Of a stretch of DNA of 64,000 nucleotides, positions 19,562-31,814 are shown piece after piece. Origin of the DNA: Amoebophrya sp. A120 (taxonomy: Eukaryota > Protista > Dinoflagellata); assembly GCA_905178155.1 (NCBI GenBank), contig CAJINV010000009.1, forward strand, positions 372,001 through 436,000. The letters run 5' to 3'. The notes below the pieces were generated by a model. The model searched no databases, was not told the origin of the DNA, and saw only the letters and a program-made list of their open reading frames with translations. Positions within the stretch are counted from its first letter, which is position 1; each line of letters opens with the position of its first letter. Both the position numbers and the translations under genes were made by a program.

Positions 19562-21904
19562 ATGAATCTTGTAAACCGGAGGACTTGCATCGGTCGCCGA
19601 GGATTTTTGCAGCGCTCGTTCAGACGTTTTGCGGCAGCCGCTGGGCTACTTCTTACAATCGCTGCCTGTCTTCATCAACCCGTCGACGCTCACACCAGTG
19701 CGCGCGTTTCTGCTCGTGGGCCGGCGCTTGATGCGGATCGGGTGGGATTTTTTGGCGCGGAGTACCACAGGTGGACTGTGACGGACGTCGAGTTTGCGTT
19801 TCACAAGACGGACTTTGGACAAGTCTTCTACAAGTTTCAGCATTTCACGCCGCCACAGCACGAACATGGTGGAACTACAGGGACGGAAAACGCTACTGCT
19901 TCGAAAAGAACACCCCCACGCTACGTGTTTTTCTTTTTCCACGGGACGCCGCGCAGCAGCGATGAGTTTACAGAACTGATCAAGGAGCTGACGACCACGT
20001 GGCGGAGCACCAAGCTGTTGAAGAATGAGCCCTGGAGTTGGATTTCCATGGACCTGCTCGGGCAGGGCCGAAGCGAAGACTTCCGGTCGGATAGGTACAA
20101 AAACTCGATTCTGTCCAGGAAAAAAGAATATGTGGGCGTGGAAGAGTACGGAAGAATTGCGCGGGAGATTCTGAGCACCGTGTTCGACAAGATGACTGCG
20201 GCTGAAGGAGACGAAGACATGAGCACGACAACAGCGGCGAAGCCGGGAGGTTACAACGTGGCGGATGAATTCGACCCCGTGAGACTTCTTGCGGGGCTCG
20301 ACGCTTTCGCGGGCACCAGTACACGTGCCACTTGGAGCTCCTCGTCTCGAAACCACGGGTTCACCTTTTCACCACCAGATACAGGGACCAGGGAATACAA
20401 CTACACAAAAAGCGCTGGTGGAAGCGTGAAATGTGACCTGCAGTCGGAAGATGAGCCCGAAGTTCTCGACTGTAAAGATGGTTTTACATCAACATCAGCG
20501 TCCGACGCTGGTCATCCACCGTCACGGCGACGCGGTGATACTATTCGGCAACACGAGCTCCGGGTAATTCCCGTCGGGAGTTTGGCTGGGTGCGCCATCG
20601 CGATCTCGTTTGCGTACGAGCTTCTGATCCACGCCCCGAAAGGTAGCGCGGAATGCGCAGGTAGGTCTAGTACTACTCGAGGACCGACGGCGCAATTGAT
20701 GTCTTCGTTGCTGTATTTGGGTCCGTCGTCGACCACGTCCGCGGCGCGTCCGAGGTATGACCACGGGGCTGCTTCGTCGGCGTCTTCGACCTGCTCACCA
20801 AGTGCGTCTTCGAGTAGGAGTTGCGCTACAGCGAGTACGCCTAGAGCCAGAGGAGAAGCGACGTTCTCTGAGATGAATTCTCAGCCATCTGTATGCCTGT
20901 TCACAACGATTCTTCACGCGCCCATTTATCACATGACGGAGAGCTTGCGGGCCCAAGTTTTGGATTACGCCCAGTCCGTGAGACACTGGGAGCCCGGCAG
21001 AGACGGGTCGCATCTGCTGCACTTCTGGGAAAACCCGAGCTTCCTGCCGAGTTCGTTCTTAGCTGGTGTTGATGAAAAAGGCGACTTCTCTAGAGGCAGT
21101 AGGCTTCGGACGACCAGCATCGGAACTCCAGGACGTGGACCTGCTGCAGCTAAGAGTGACGATGCTGGCGGTAGGACGGGAACTTCTGCTGGTACCTCCG
21201 GTCACGTTGATGCGGCCGATAACTCGGACGTCAATCTCCTTCACCGCGTCGTCGTAGACATGCTGCGTTCCGGCAAAACACAATGGCAAGCGATCCTGGC
21301 GTTTCTCGAGTATCAGCGAGACCCTCTAGGATTTGCGTATCAACTTACCGCGATCGCGAAGCTGGGGCAGGCTGACCCCAATGTGCTGCTTTTGTTCGGC
21401 GAAGACATGTTTCGCCTGCCGCCGAGACTTTTGCCAAAAGCACCTCCGACTCTTACCGATACAGAAGGGTCAGGTCTTCGCGATGAACGGCACAAGCACA
21501 GCGGCGTGGTCGTTCCATCGAGAGCGGAAACCTATTGGACAGAGAAATTTCTCTTGCGGGAGTCGACACTGTTTTTGCTTTGCAGTGTGTTGAAGGTACC
21601 GGGTACATCCTTGCCTCCGCTCGACAGCGAGCTACTACAAACAGCAGGAGATATTGGCCTAACAGCAGGACGAGAGACATTAGCATCCCAGAAGAGCAGC
21701 CTCAATGCCCACGATTTTCCGCAAGTGCATCGAACGCAGCAATCAAATGTGGCGAGTAGGGTTTTGAACGTGATCGGCAACGCCGGGGAGGCCCTTCTCT
21801 CTGAAGAGCCTCTGCGGGTTGCTCTGGCTATGCTTGGCCACGTAGAAAACCGATTGGAGAGGCTGGAACGTGGAAAGTCGCCCATCGTCGGTCGAATGTT
21901 TTGA
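19562..21904 (+). CDS. Alpha/beta-hydrolase-fold protein with many insertions and atypical catalytic motifs
   Basis: VFFFFHGTPRSS, ISMDLLGQGRS, elbow-like PVGSLAGCAIA, VLLLFGED and C-terminal VIGNAGEALLSEEP. Confidence 0.72.
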   Translation: MNLVNRRTCIGRRGFLQRSFRRFAAAAGLLLTIAACLHQPVDAHTSARVSARGPALDADRVGFFGAEYHRWTVTDVEFAFHKTDFGQVFYKFQHFTPPQHEHGGTTGTENATASKRTPPRYVFFFFHGTPRSSDEFTELIKELTTTWRSTKLLKNEPWSWISMDLLGQGRSEDFRSDRYKNSILSRKKEYVGVEEYGRIAREILSTVFDKMTAAEGDEDMSTTTAAKPGGYNVADEFDPVRLLAGLDAFAGTSTRATWSSSSRNHGFTFSPPDTGTREYNYTKSAGGSVKCDLQSEDEPEVLDCKDGFTSTSASDAGHPPSRRRGDTIRQHELRVIPVGSLAGCAIAISFAYELLIHAPKGSAECAGRSSTTRGPTAQLMSSLLYLGPSSTTSAARPRYDHGAASSASSTCSPSASSSRSCATASTPRARGEATFSEMNSQPSVCLFTTILHAPIYHMTESLRAQVLDYAQSVRHWEPGRDGSHLLHFWENPSFLPSSFLAGVDEKGDFSRGSRLRTTSIGTPGRGPAAAKSDDAGGRTGTSAGTSGHVDAADNSDVNLLHRVVVDMLRSGKTQWQAILAFLEYQRDPLGFAYQLTAIAKLGQADPNVLLLFGEDMFRLPPRLLPKAPPTLTDTEGSGLRDERHKHSGVVVPSRAETYWTEKFLLRESTLFLLCSVLKVPGTSLPPLDSELLQTAGDIGLTAGRETLASQKSSLNAHDFPQVHRTQQSNVASRVLNVIGNAGEALLSEEPLRVALAMLGHVENRLERLERGKSPIVGRMF

Positions 21905-22613
21905 AAGACGAACTGAACTCGAGCTGTTTCATGTTTTTTGATTGAATTTGGTTTTGATTTTTAGTTTTACGGCCGTGTTTCGGACAAAAGTTTTTGCCAT
22001 TTTAAGTTTTCGATTCCTGTTTGAAAAATGCCTTCCATGTATATCATCCCCAAGCAGGTCAATTCTGAGAATAAAGTTCAACAGTCTCTCTCTCTTCTTC
22101 GATGGTGACACAGAGCTGATGAATGGTCTATGTTTGCATCAGCACAGAACCAGAATGTTAAAAGACGAAATCGTTCATCTTGGAGCGCGACGCTTAGGCT
22201 ACAAGAACGAACTGGTGCTGCAGCGCCGGCACAGTCCGTCCGCGCGAAAGGACCGCGACCTGCTCACTGTCATCTTTTTTCTCTCGCTTGAATTCAACTA
22301 TACAAAAAATCATGACGATCTTCCGTGTGAGCTCCTCTGCCTCCTCTTTGTTTTGCTTTTGAAACGCCGGCAGACGCTTTTTCCTTGCCGTTTGTCTCGT
22401 TTGGATCCGCAACCGCAAGATCAGTGGCTTTCATCTACTGATCATTAATTAATATGTTCGTCCTCGACTGACTCTGGTCTGATTCTAATTTGTTGTGCGA
22501 ATGTCGAGCACAACAGTGAATCTACATAATGTAGAACAAACAAAGTTCAAAAAGATAAAGAACGCTGCCCAACTCATTTTTGCTGAAGAACAAAGTACAT
22601 AAACAAGAAGATA

Positions 22614-23672
22614 ATGCCAGTGACCATCTTAGGTTCGAAGCAGCGCGTGGTGGATCTCCCCGGCCAGCTTTCGATTGACGAGTTCGCGGGGAACGTGGCA
22701 ACAAAGGATGATCGAATTTCCATTGCTTCGGTGGCAGCCAAGGCTGGCACCGCGGAGCCTTGGTTGACGTTGCTGTATGATGAATGGATTTGCGTCCTCA
22801 AAGGAGAGATTGTCTTTACCTTTAGTCCAGAGGGTGGTGGACCAGAAGGAGATGTTGTTCGCTGCCCGGCCGGCAGCACGGCGTTCATCTCGAAGAGTAC
22901 GCGTTTTCAGCCACAGTTTCCCGTCGATACGGAGTACATTCCGGTCTGCCTGCCAGCGTTTCGACCGGACAGGTGTCTGCGAGAAGACAGCAGCGCAGAG
23001 AACGAAAAAGTGTCCGCCAGGTTGGCGGAACTGCACGATGCTGCTCCTGCTGACAGTAAAGCGAACAGTTGTCAACCAACGGATAGTACCGCGCCGCCCG
23101 ACATCTTGTATCACATGACGGAAGTGAAGCTGTGGCAGGCGTCGAAAGCGAAAAAAGAAGCGTACTTCCCACCAACTTTTGAGGCGGACGGTTTCTACAC
23201 GCACGCAACCGCAGTGCCCGCCCGGCTGCTCGAAACGGCTAACCACTTTTACCAGGACAGCACGGACGACTGGGTCTGCCTGCAATTCAGCCGGGCAAAG
23301 CTGCGGAAGGAGTTCGGCGTCATTACGAAAGACGAACCGCCAATGCCCGTCGGGGAAAAGAAAGTATGATCTGCAAATAGGAAATATAAATGTTTCCATT
23401 TGTCGACCAACCGTAAAGATCTAATTGACGGTGAGAGTCTTATATGACTGCGCATGCACAAGAAAAACGTAGGAGCGTGACGATCGGTTTCTGTGCTGGC
23501 ATAAAAAAGAAAAACCACAAAAATTCTTCAGGTGGCCGAAGACTGGCAGAGTTCTCAATGGGTGTGTCCGCATGTGTACGGTGGGATCCCTGTTGCGGCT
23601 GTCGAGAAGGAGTTCAGAATGCTACGCGACGATGCGAAAAAGAAATTTTTGGGAATAGAGGGACTCGTTTGA
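22614..23672 (+). CDS. Cupin (EutQ-like) - DUF952 fusion protein, 2 exons: 22614-23363, 23532-23672
   Basis: Cupin segment EPWLTLLYDEWICVLKGEI..AGSTAFI..EYIPVCLPAF. DUF952 segment ILYHMT..W..YFPPTFEADGFYTHAT..ANHFY. A GT-AG intron at 23364-23531 adds CPHVYGGIPVAAV, matching the DUF952 PHxYG motif. Confidence 0.82.
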
Positions 23673-24323
23673 TCAGCACACTGTCACTGGAACTCGTCTG
23701 ATGTTACCGAACTCGCATACAACAAGAACGAATTCAGATTTTTTCCACTAGCCTGCTGCAATTATTCCCCGGCCCTGGGATTTTGCACGTAGTCTGGATA
23801 CTAATGGACCGAGTCCAATTCGTTTGTGTTTTCGAAGGTGATGGCGTTTTTCATTGCCTCTGAATACGCACACTTGCGATAAAAGAAAAAGGCCGTAGAC
23901 CTACTGTGTGATTTTTTGGCACCACGGGCTTTCATGTGCCAAGTGGTCAGCCGAGAAGACGCAACTCGCAATCAATCCGTTGGGTTGGAAGACACGACCT
24001 AGCAATCGGTCTGGTGCGATCATATGTACGTATCGGATTTCTTCTTCTTCAGCTTGACAATCGCGGTCATGGTTACAAAGAAAGATGATAGAAGACGCGC
24101 TGATTACATATCTCTATGTACATCTGTTGCAGCTGTGGCTGTGCACTCCGGAAGCGCCAGCTCCTGTTACCTCATGTCAACCTAAATCGGAAAAAACAAA
24201 AAGAACTCGTAAAAGTCGGTTCATAATCTTAAACATAAGTGGGTCCACGTCCTCCATTCGCTCCTTTACAAATTTCTTTTTGGAGAAAGTGAGTATAATA
24301 CTCGGTTTTTTGATTTCCACCTC

Positions 24324-27300
24324 TTGACCGTTACCATGACGGTCGCGCTCGCGGCCGCGGCGCGGCTTTTTTTGCCTGCGCATCGGCGCCCCGCAGACGT
24401 GGCAAACGTCGGCACTGATGAAAAGGAACGAGATAAAACCCCAAACGAGTTGGAACGTGATACCAGGTCCAAGGCGCAGATGAGGTCATCGACTGGGAGT
24501 GGGCTGGGCCTGGAGGCTTGCAGAATTGTCCCCCCACACGATCATGATGAAACGAGGTCGCCAAGCGTTAATGGTGACATAGGCAAAAGCAGGCTGTATG
24601 TCTTGAAAGAATTGGTAGGGCAGGGATCTTTTGGTGTGGTGCGGCGGGCGGAGGTAGTATGTACGGACGACAGAACTAGTGAGACCAAGTACGGAGGCGT
24701 CACGGTTTCTCCGGCAAAGCTTCCCGAAGAACCAAGGAGTGTCGCAGTGAAAATTGTGAGAACAGCACGGAAAGTTAAGCTAATATCAGTCCCGAAAACT
24801 ACACGCGAGAACTTGCAGAACAATCGGAGCTGCGGAAGGATTACGACCGTTTCAAGATGCACACAGGAGCAGCAGCCGCCTGCGGATGCTGACACGTTGC
24901 AAGAATCTGCAGTCGAGAGAACAACACACGCTACTAGGACGAACACCTCAATACCTTTACCGCATTCATCTGCGCACGCGGAGACGGCAATGGTCCGCAC
25001 AACGTCATCGACCTTTTCAGGACAACAGACAGTATCGGCCAGCAAGTCTGGGTGTGGTGAGCACGACGGTGCGCATCAGGAAGACGAAGAAGTAGATCCG
25101 AAACTCGCCAAGCAGAATCGCCAAACAGAGACGGAAATCAAGCTTCTGCACCGCCTGAGTTCAACATCCGCGGTAAAGACATTCAATGTCAGCGGTGAAG
25201 ATGGGTGGAAAAGGAACAGACACAGTCAAAAACTGCGCCACCTGTACGCTACGTGCGACAAGCAGCGAGGTCGTCATCACGTAATCCACCTTTACGCGCA
25301 CCATTTTGCGTACGGACTTCAGCACTGTCACTACCTGTTTGCTTTCCTGGAATTTGCGAATCAGGGGGATCTCTTCGACGTCGTGCATGCGAAACGGTTG
25401 TCCGACGCGGAAGCAAAGTACTGCTTTCGCCAGTTGGTGTTCGGTTTGGACTATTGCCACTCCCTCCAAATCGTCCACCGCGACGTCAAGCCGGAGAACG
25501 TCTTACTGAAGAAGCGGAGGCATGGACCCGGCACGACCTCTGATGGTCGTTTCGGATCATTTGCCAGCAAGAATGCAGCTCCAGTTCCTGCGCCTGACGA
25601 TACTCCTCACGAACAAGAACCTCGAGCGAACTCACAGCAGGTGGGAGCCGTGCCCAATCTGTACCAGCTAGACCTGAAGCTGTGCGACTTCGGGCTTGCC
25701 ACACTAGTCAAGGACGGTGAGTTTCTGAAAACCAGTTGTGGCTCTCCAAATTACGCGGCTCCGGAAATCGTAGCATGTCGCCCATATCACGGGTTCGAAG
25801 TCGATGTTTGGAGCCTTGGCGTGGTTTTGTGCGTCCTCTTGACGTCGAGTCTTCCCTTCGTCGCGCCGACTGTCCCCGAGCTGTTTCGAAAAATTTGCAG
25901 AGTGGAACTGGCGTTTCCGCTTCCTTCAGGACCAACTGGTGCGACGGTGAACAGGATACCCACCACCGACACGGCAACAGGCGGTCCTGCTGGTGCAACA
26001 CCTAGACAAGCTAGTACCCTTTGCAATGGCTTCGAGGTGGTGCGGAAGATTCTGGTGGTAGATTCACTGCGACGCTTTACGCTGAAACAAATTCAAGAAC
26101 ATCCCTGGTTCCTCTGTTCCAATAGCAATAGCTCGTTTGGAGGAAACCGCGCGGCACCGTCGTCGGGCGCTAGTGTCGAGCAGAATGAGCTGCTGCAAGG
26201 GCCAGATTGCACGGACAAACAAGTACTTCCACTGGAAAAATGCTTTGAAGCTCCGAACCACGACAGTGCTCCTCCTTCTGGTGAGAAGACCCAAAAAAAC
26301 AACACAAAAAATGGCTGTGATCGGAATAGAGAAGGAAATCGAAATAAAGCGTCAACATCGTGTGGCAGCTCCGACCGCAAGGATTGTGATTCTGGTGCCA
26401 TCGTTGATCTCGACGAGGACTACGGGATGTCCAAAAGCATCTTTTTCGACGACATCCAGCAACAGCGCTATGCGGAGCGATTTTTGGTCGGTCAGAAAAG
26501 CACCTGTCAAGACGTCTGGGAAGACGAACTCCGACTCGGCGGCATGGATGCCTTCCCTTTTGCAAAGCTGTACAAAAGACACTTCACGCGGATACCTACC
26601 ACCAGCATGCCCACGCCTTGCTCTACTTCAGAGGATTTTGCTAAGGATAACGAAACGGAGAGCAACACCTCTCGCGGGCTTCAAGAAAGCATGAAGTGCG
26701 CAGGTCTGTGTAGTGACGCAATGAGGACACCAGGAACTACTATCGAGCAGCGCACTACCACGAGCACGATCGCTGGCGACCTGGCGCCGCTGGAACCAGG
26801 TGCAGATCGTGCAGCTGCTCTTGACGAGACGAGAAGCATAACGGTTACCACTCCGCCTAGGTCGACAGCCTCCTCAAGCCGGACCGGCGTCTTATCCTCC
26901 TCCACTAAAATCAGGGCGTGTCGCCGGCGAAAAGTCGCGGAGGACGACGACGGAATTCCCACCAGGCAGTGCAGCCCGGCTTCATGCTCGTCGTGCCTGC
27001 CGTCTGTTTCTCTTTCGCCATCTCCTGCTGCGAGCTCTCCCGACGAGAGGAGGAATTTCTGCCTAGGTGCGCCCTGTAAAGAGCATGTGGTTGGGCCCGG
27101 ATCTTGTCCTAGCCCAAGGCGCGGGTTAGAGCCCCCGCTACCACCGCCACCAGAGGCTGTTCTCGGGAGTCCACCAGTGTATGTCGTGCCGGGAATCCAA
27201 ATCACACAGGCAACGTCGAATGATGTTCCGGTAAAAAGCACTGTTCCGAGTAGGTCGCTGGAGGTGGGAAGAGCGGAGCCTCTTTCCTCGTCTCCTCCTG

Positions 27301-28145
27301 AAGTTTGTGAAAGCCACCAGGAAGAACAGGTTTTTGACTGCAACAGCCCGAGGCCGAACTCCTCGAACACCGTGTGTAAAGTTGGAGAACGCCCCGACGA
27401 GGGAAAGCAGAGTCAACAATCTCTCGGTCATCGGCCACACTGTGCTGGCCCTTCGAATAAAGGGAGTGAGATGATGCAATCCAAGCTGCGAGGAACAAAG
27501 ATATTGACAATGTATAGCGCCCACCCACCAGCACCGTCGGGGTCCCGGCTATGGGGTGCCTGTCGGTGGCGACTTGGTTTTGAGCTTGAGACGCACCAAG
27601 CCGCGGTGGAACTCTGGCGTGTGGTTTTTGACGCGCTGAAGCGATCCGGATTCTTCTGGCGGAGCAATGAAAAGGCCGGCTCGAGCTCGACGGTGATACC
27701 GGCGTCGCAGCCATTTCGTGTCGAAGTGGCCAGATTGGTAAAATGCAACGAGTCCGATTCGCATGCGCAAGAAAAAATAAAAACCATCCCTTCGGAACAC
27801 GAACTTCTTTTCACTGTGCAGCTTTACGCGCGCTCTGTAGTGCGAAGCAACAGAGTCGCAACGGTAAGATCGAAGACGCCCACCAAAGGAGTTTCTGGGC
27901 GCCCATGCACTACATCTTGTGCAGCTACGAGGAACAGGTTTGTGTTGGACGTGAGACTCAATGCCACTGCTGGCATTGCACGCGATGATCCGACAAACTC
28001 CGCATCTATTTCTTCGCTGCTGTGCAAAGCAGTTCAGGCAAACCGTTTTCTCGAGAGGCTGGTCAGTCTTTTTTTGGACAGGCATGGGATGAAGGTTTCC
28101 GGGGCTGACAAATTGACGAAAAGCGATCTTGTGATTGTCAAGTAG
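24324..28145 (+). CDS. SNF1/AMPK-alpha-like (CAMK group) Ser/Thr kinase
   Basis: GQGSFG, VAVKI, HRDVKPEN, LCDFGLA, LKTSCGSPNYAAPE, EVDVWSLGV and HPWF. The C-terminus (RWRLGF..FTVQLY..FVLDVR) resembles the AMPK-alpha C-terminal/KA1 domain. Confidence 0.88.
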   Translation: MTVTMTVALAAAARLFLPAHRRPADVANVGTDEKERDKTPNELERDTRSKAQMRSSTGSGLGLEACRIVPPHDHDETRSPSVNGDIGKSRLYVLKELVGQGSFGVVRRAEVVCTDDRTSETKYGGVTVSPAKLPEEPRSVAVKIVRTARKVKLISVPKTTRENLQNNRSCGRITTVSRCTQEQQPPADADTLQESAVERTTHATRTNTSIPLPHSSAHAETAMVRTTSSTFSGQQTVSASKSGCGEHDGAHQEDEEVDPKLAKQNRQTETEIKLLHRLSSTSAVKTFNVSGEDGWKRNRHSQKLRHLYATCDKQRGRHHVIHLYAHHFAYGLQHCHYLFAFLEFANQGDLFDVVHAKRLSDAEAKYCFRQLVFGLDYCHSLQIVHRDVKPENVLLKKRRHGPGTTSDGRFGSFASKNAAPVPAPDDTPHEQEPRANSQQVGAVPNLYQLDLKLCDFGLATLVKDGEFLKTSCGSPNYAAPEIVACRPYHGFEVDVWSLGVVLCVLLTSSLPFVAPTVPELFRKICRVELAFPLPSGPTGATVNRIPTTDTATGGPAGATPRQASTLCNGFEVVRKILVVDSLRRFTLKQIQEHPWFLCSNSNSSFGGNRAAPSSGASVEQNELLQGPDCTDKQVLPLEKCFEAPNHDSAPPSGEKTQKNNTKNGCDRNREGNRNKASTSCGSSDRKDCDSGAIVDLDEDYGMSKSIFFDDIQQQRYAERFLVGQKSTCQDVWEDELRLGGMDAFPFAKLYKRHFTRIPTTSMPTPCSTSEDFAKDNETESNTSRGLQESMKCAGLCSDAMRTPGTTIEQRTTTSTIAGDLAPLEPGADRAAALDETRSITVTTPPRSTASSSRTGVLSSSTKIRACRRRKVAEDDDGIPTRQCSPASCSSCLPSVSLSPSPAASSPDERRNFCLGAPCKEHVVGPGSCPSPRRGLEPPLPPPPEAVLGSPPVYVVPGIQITQATSNDVPVKSTVPSRSLEVGRAEPLSSSPPEVCESHQEEQVFDCNSPRPNSSNTVCKVGERPDEGKQSQQSLGHRPHCAGPSNKGSEMMQSKLRGTKILTMYSAHPPAPSGSRLWGACRWRLGFELETHQAAVELWRVVFDALKRSGFFWRSNEKAGSSSTVIPASQPFRVEVARLVKCNESDSHAQEKIKTIPSEHELLFTVQLYARSVVRSNRVATVRSKTPTKGVSGRPCTTSCAATRNRFVLDVRLNATAGIARDDPTNSASISSLLCKAVQANRFLERLVSLFLDRHGMKVSGADKLTKSDLVIVK

Positions 28146-29078
28146 AAATGTGATTCATCGACGTGTGTGAACTGGCTTCTCGCTTTTGTTTTTGACGTCG
28201 TCATCTTTACGTGTAGAACTTTTCCGAAGTAGTGGATTCGGCAAGAAAAATGTTTATGGTCTTTGTACGAATAAAGGATCTCCAATCTCCATTGCCTCCA
28301 CCTACTTGCTGTAGAAATGAACCTGCCTTTCATGCTCTCACACACTAGCTCTGCCTCTTCATTGACGTAAGATGCTGCTAGCTGGTCCTGCGAAACCGGG
28401 AGCAACTGTATGAACAAAAATTTTGCGGATCCTAGTACCAGTTTTACTAGCTAGTTTTAGGAAGATATGTTGATCACCATCATGTTGTTGTCACTAGTTG
28501 ACTTTGTGAAAAGTTTCATCTGTGGGCGTCATCGTTTTGAGCGGCAAAGCCGACGAGCAATATTAGCTCTGGCAGCTCTCCTTCGAATGAAAAATTTGGA
28601 TCAAGATTTTGCACATCTTTTTTCATATTAATCAGCATATGCGTGTTAACAGGCAGAACTTTTTGCCGAAGCATAGCGCTTCCTTCCCATACATGGTGTA
28701 AATGCAGCACCGCATTGTGATATTAGAAATGGTTTTCTATACACTTAGCAAAAGAGGAAGAGCAGCTCCACTGAGTGACTCTGAGAGGGGTGGCGTTCGA
28801 GTGAATTCTGCCGCTGAGAGGGCTGACTCCGATTGTGAAAGAATTAACGTGCTAGGCCTGGCGCAATCGCGACCCGTGCAGGTCTGGGTGTCTGTCTTCT
28901 CTTTCCGGAGCTGTTTACTTGTGACCAACTTTTTCTTGCTCGATCTATGTGCGAAAAAAATTTTGATGTTCGAACTCAGGTCACCTTTGTCAGTACAAGC
29001 ACATTCTTCATCGTATACCTCTTTAGTTTCGACCAAGGAAAATCACCTGCCGAGTTAGCTTGTGATGTGACGCACAAA

Positions 29079-31814
29079 ATGTTGGTGGCATCGCTCGATC
29101 TGCCAGGACGAAGAGACCGAGACTCGGCCGCGATTTTGGGTAGACCCCATGTTTTTCTTTTTGTTCTTCAACTGCTCGCCGGCGTCTTTCAAAATGGCGT
29201 CAAGGTTTGCGGCTACGTCCTGGAAGCCGAAATTCGTCCGCTACCATATCCCCACAACGGCCAGCAGGACACGCAGATATCCTACCTAGGCGCTTTCGTC
29301 TTCGATAGCGATTCAGACGGAGCGGTACGCGTAGGGTCGGCCAGCTTCGAGGCTTGGGGAAGTTTGGAATTACTAAAAGGCGGAGCGAGAAATCGTGCGC
29401 TCGCAAGCTCGGGAACACGAACCACTTCTGCAAGTGCAGAAGAGATGAAAACAAGCAGCCCGAATCTGGACGAGACGGCCCTTCTGATGCAGCAGCGGCT
29501 GCAGTCCGGGTACGCTGTGGACAGGCCGAACTTGCAAATTCTGGTCTTTGACGATGAGAAAGAGCATTGGTTTGCTTTCCAGAAGGAAATGCACGAGAAA
29601 AGGCTAGAATCTCCTTGGTCCTTTCGGAGAATTTTTCGCCCGCACGAGCAGCTCGCGGCAACTTTCAAGACAGCTAGATGCCCTCAGGTGAAGCGCACGG
29701 CCTCGCGGGTGATTTCGCTGCAGCTTGACTCCTCAACAGACTTTTACTCTGGCCCGGAGACCGTGGGCTTGCGCGAGCGCTTTCAGCCGCGCACATGGCG
29801 GTTCTATGCGGTATTTTGCCAGGTCAAGCAAAAAGAAGAAACGTCTTCAGAATCACTGGTTACACCAGGGCAAGGACCACCTCACCCAGAGAGGAACTCC
29901 CCCGTGGCCTCGTACCCCCTGCGAGTTCGCCTCCATCTAAAACACGTTTTGCGGGGGTGGCAGGAGGAGCTGTCTATGACGGAAATGAACCTGCCTTATG
30001 TGTACATAATCGCGGTGGTTGCGCATATCCTGCTGTGCTTTCGGGGTATGCAATGGCTTAACAAAGAGATGTCAAATGTGTTTACGTCGCCGAGAGAAGC
30101 CAACTCATAAAATGCAGGACGGGATTCCTCTTACCGCACGGCCGTGCTGCAGGAAGTCAGTGTCGGGGCCACGTCTGGTACGTCGTCAACGTCCGCGTTT
30201 TCCGTGAGGATGCAGCCTGCGGGCGCGGAGGGTTCATTTTCGGCGCAGTTCAAAGCGTACTTCGCAACCGTCTACCGGTCGACAAAAGCCTCCGCATTAG
30301 GCTTCATGTTTTACCCGGTAACAGCGCTGACGCTTAGCATGAAGTCCGTTTTTTGCTACCTGCTGTGGTATGCTTACGTGGTCTTTGTGTTGCCACTTCC
30401 TGCTTCTTCGGGGTCGGGATTCGAGAGACGAGCAGAAGAAGGCGCGACTGGAACTGCTGTTGCGCCTCGTGCAGAAGGAAAAGGACCACCAGACAAGTTC
30501 TCTTCAGCAGTACTGAGTAGGGAAACCGAACCGCGGCACGCACCACCGCCACCAGATATCGGTGGAAACTACCACCATATGTTGCCCCTCTTCGGCTTTG
30601 TCTTCGCGCAATTGGCAATGCTGTTCCTATGGATGGCAGTGGCTTTTCTCGCCGTCCGTCCAAGTCGAAAGTGGCAGACACTGAAGTGGAAACTGTTTTC
30701 AGCCTTGTGTGTACTTACGATAATTACCGTCGTCGGTGGCAGCGTCAGATCAGCCGCAACTCCGGATGCAGCTAGTACCAGTGGCACGGTGCTATTCGGA
30801 CACCTGGTTTTCGGCGAGGTTAATTTCTACTACAGTTCGTTCTTCGGTCTCGCGGTGTGGTTTTGCTACTTCCTGTTTTTTCTCTCGCTGTTCTCGGTCA
30901 TCACAGAGGTGCACCGCAACGACCAAGCCTGGAGCTCCGACCAATCGCGGTGGTTCTTCCGGTACCTGCTCCTGGTAGGATTGTGGTACGTGATGCAGTA
31001 CATGCTTCCCCTGTTCCTCTCCCTGTTGCTTCCTTCCTATCTGGCTTCAAAGTATATCGTCACGGTGCAACTCGCCGCCCGACTAACGGGGATCCTCGTC
31101 GTTTTGCACTTGGACCGGGAGTACGTACAGAGAAAGTTTGAGGTCGGACATGGAATAATTGGGCGAGGCAGTCCAAGTGGATCTCGTGCGACAGGGCCGC
31201 CGATGGGGGCCAATTATTCCGCAAGAAATCAGCCTTTCCTGCAGCAGAGTTACTACGTCTTTGGGAGAAACGAGTCAAATAACATGACAAGCATACCACT
31301 TGGAACCACGGCACCGTTGGACGACATGCGTTTTGAATCTTCTCACACTAGCACTGCAACGACCACTTCGTCGCACACCGGCGCTTCATCGATCGTGGTA
31401 CACGCGTCACAGGCAGAGACTGGCGGTCACAGGAGTCCTCGAGCGCGTACGAACAGTAACAGTCCGAAGAATCGTGACCAGCACAACGAGATGAAGAGCA
31501 ACAGGCTCACAGCAGCACCAACCCCCCAGAGCACAACCAGTCCCAAAGATAGTCCCCTGTCACCGAGCGCCAGCGCTGCTGTCGGAAGAAGCCGCGTGTA
31601 TAACGCTACGAGATATGAGGAAGTAGCTGCAGCTGCACGTGTCGGCTCATCCACCGCAACAGTGGATGGAGGCGAAAGCGGAACTGAAACAGAAGCAGTG
31701 GCTGGGTTGCAAGCACCGAATTTAGACCCCCTACCACCCGGATTCAGGGGGTCCTTCGCCTCATCTGTGCCCAGCAATTCCTCACAAAATCAGAGAGATA
31801 TCCCTCAGGAATAA
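29079..31814 (+). CDS. GPR180/TMEM145-like multi-pass membrane protein, 2 exons: 29079-30045, 30118-31814
   Basis: Luminal domain with YLGAFVF, PRTWRFYAVFC and LHLKHVLRGWQEELSMTEMNL, followed by about 7 hydrophobic helices. The in-frame TAA at 30108 lies inside a 72-nt GTATG...TGCAG intron (30046-30117). Confidence 0.68.

Noticed and set aside
30108-30110. In-frame TAA between two same-frame ORFs, suggesting readthrough or stop-codon reassignment (known in one Amoebophrya lineage)
   Set aside because: A 72-nt GTATG...TGCAG intron (30046-30117) removes it, and the other long ORFs are stop-free under the standard code.
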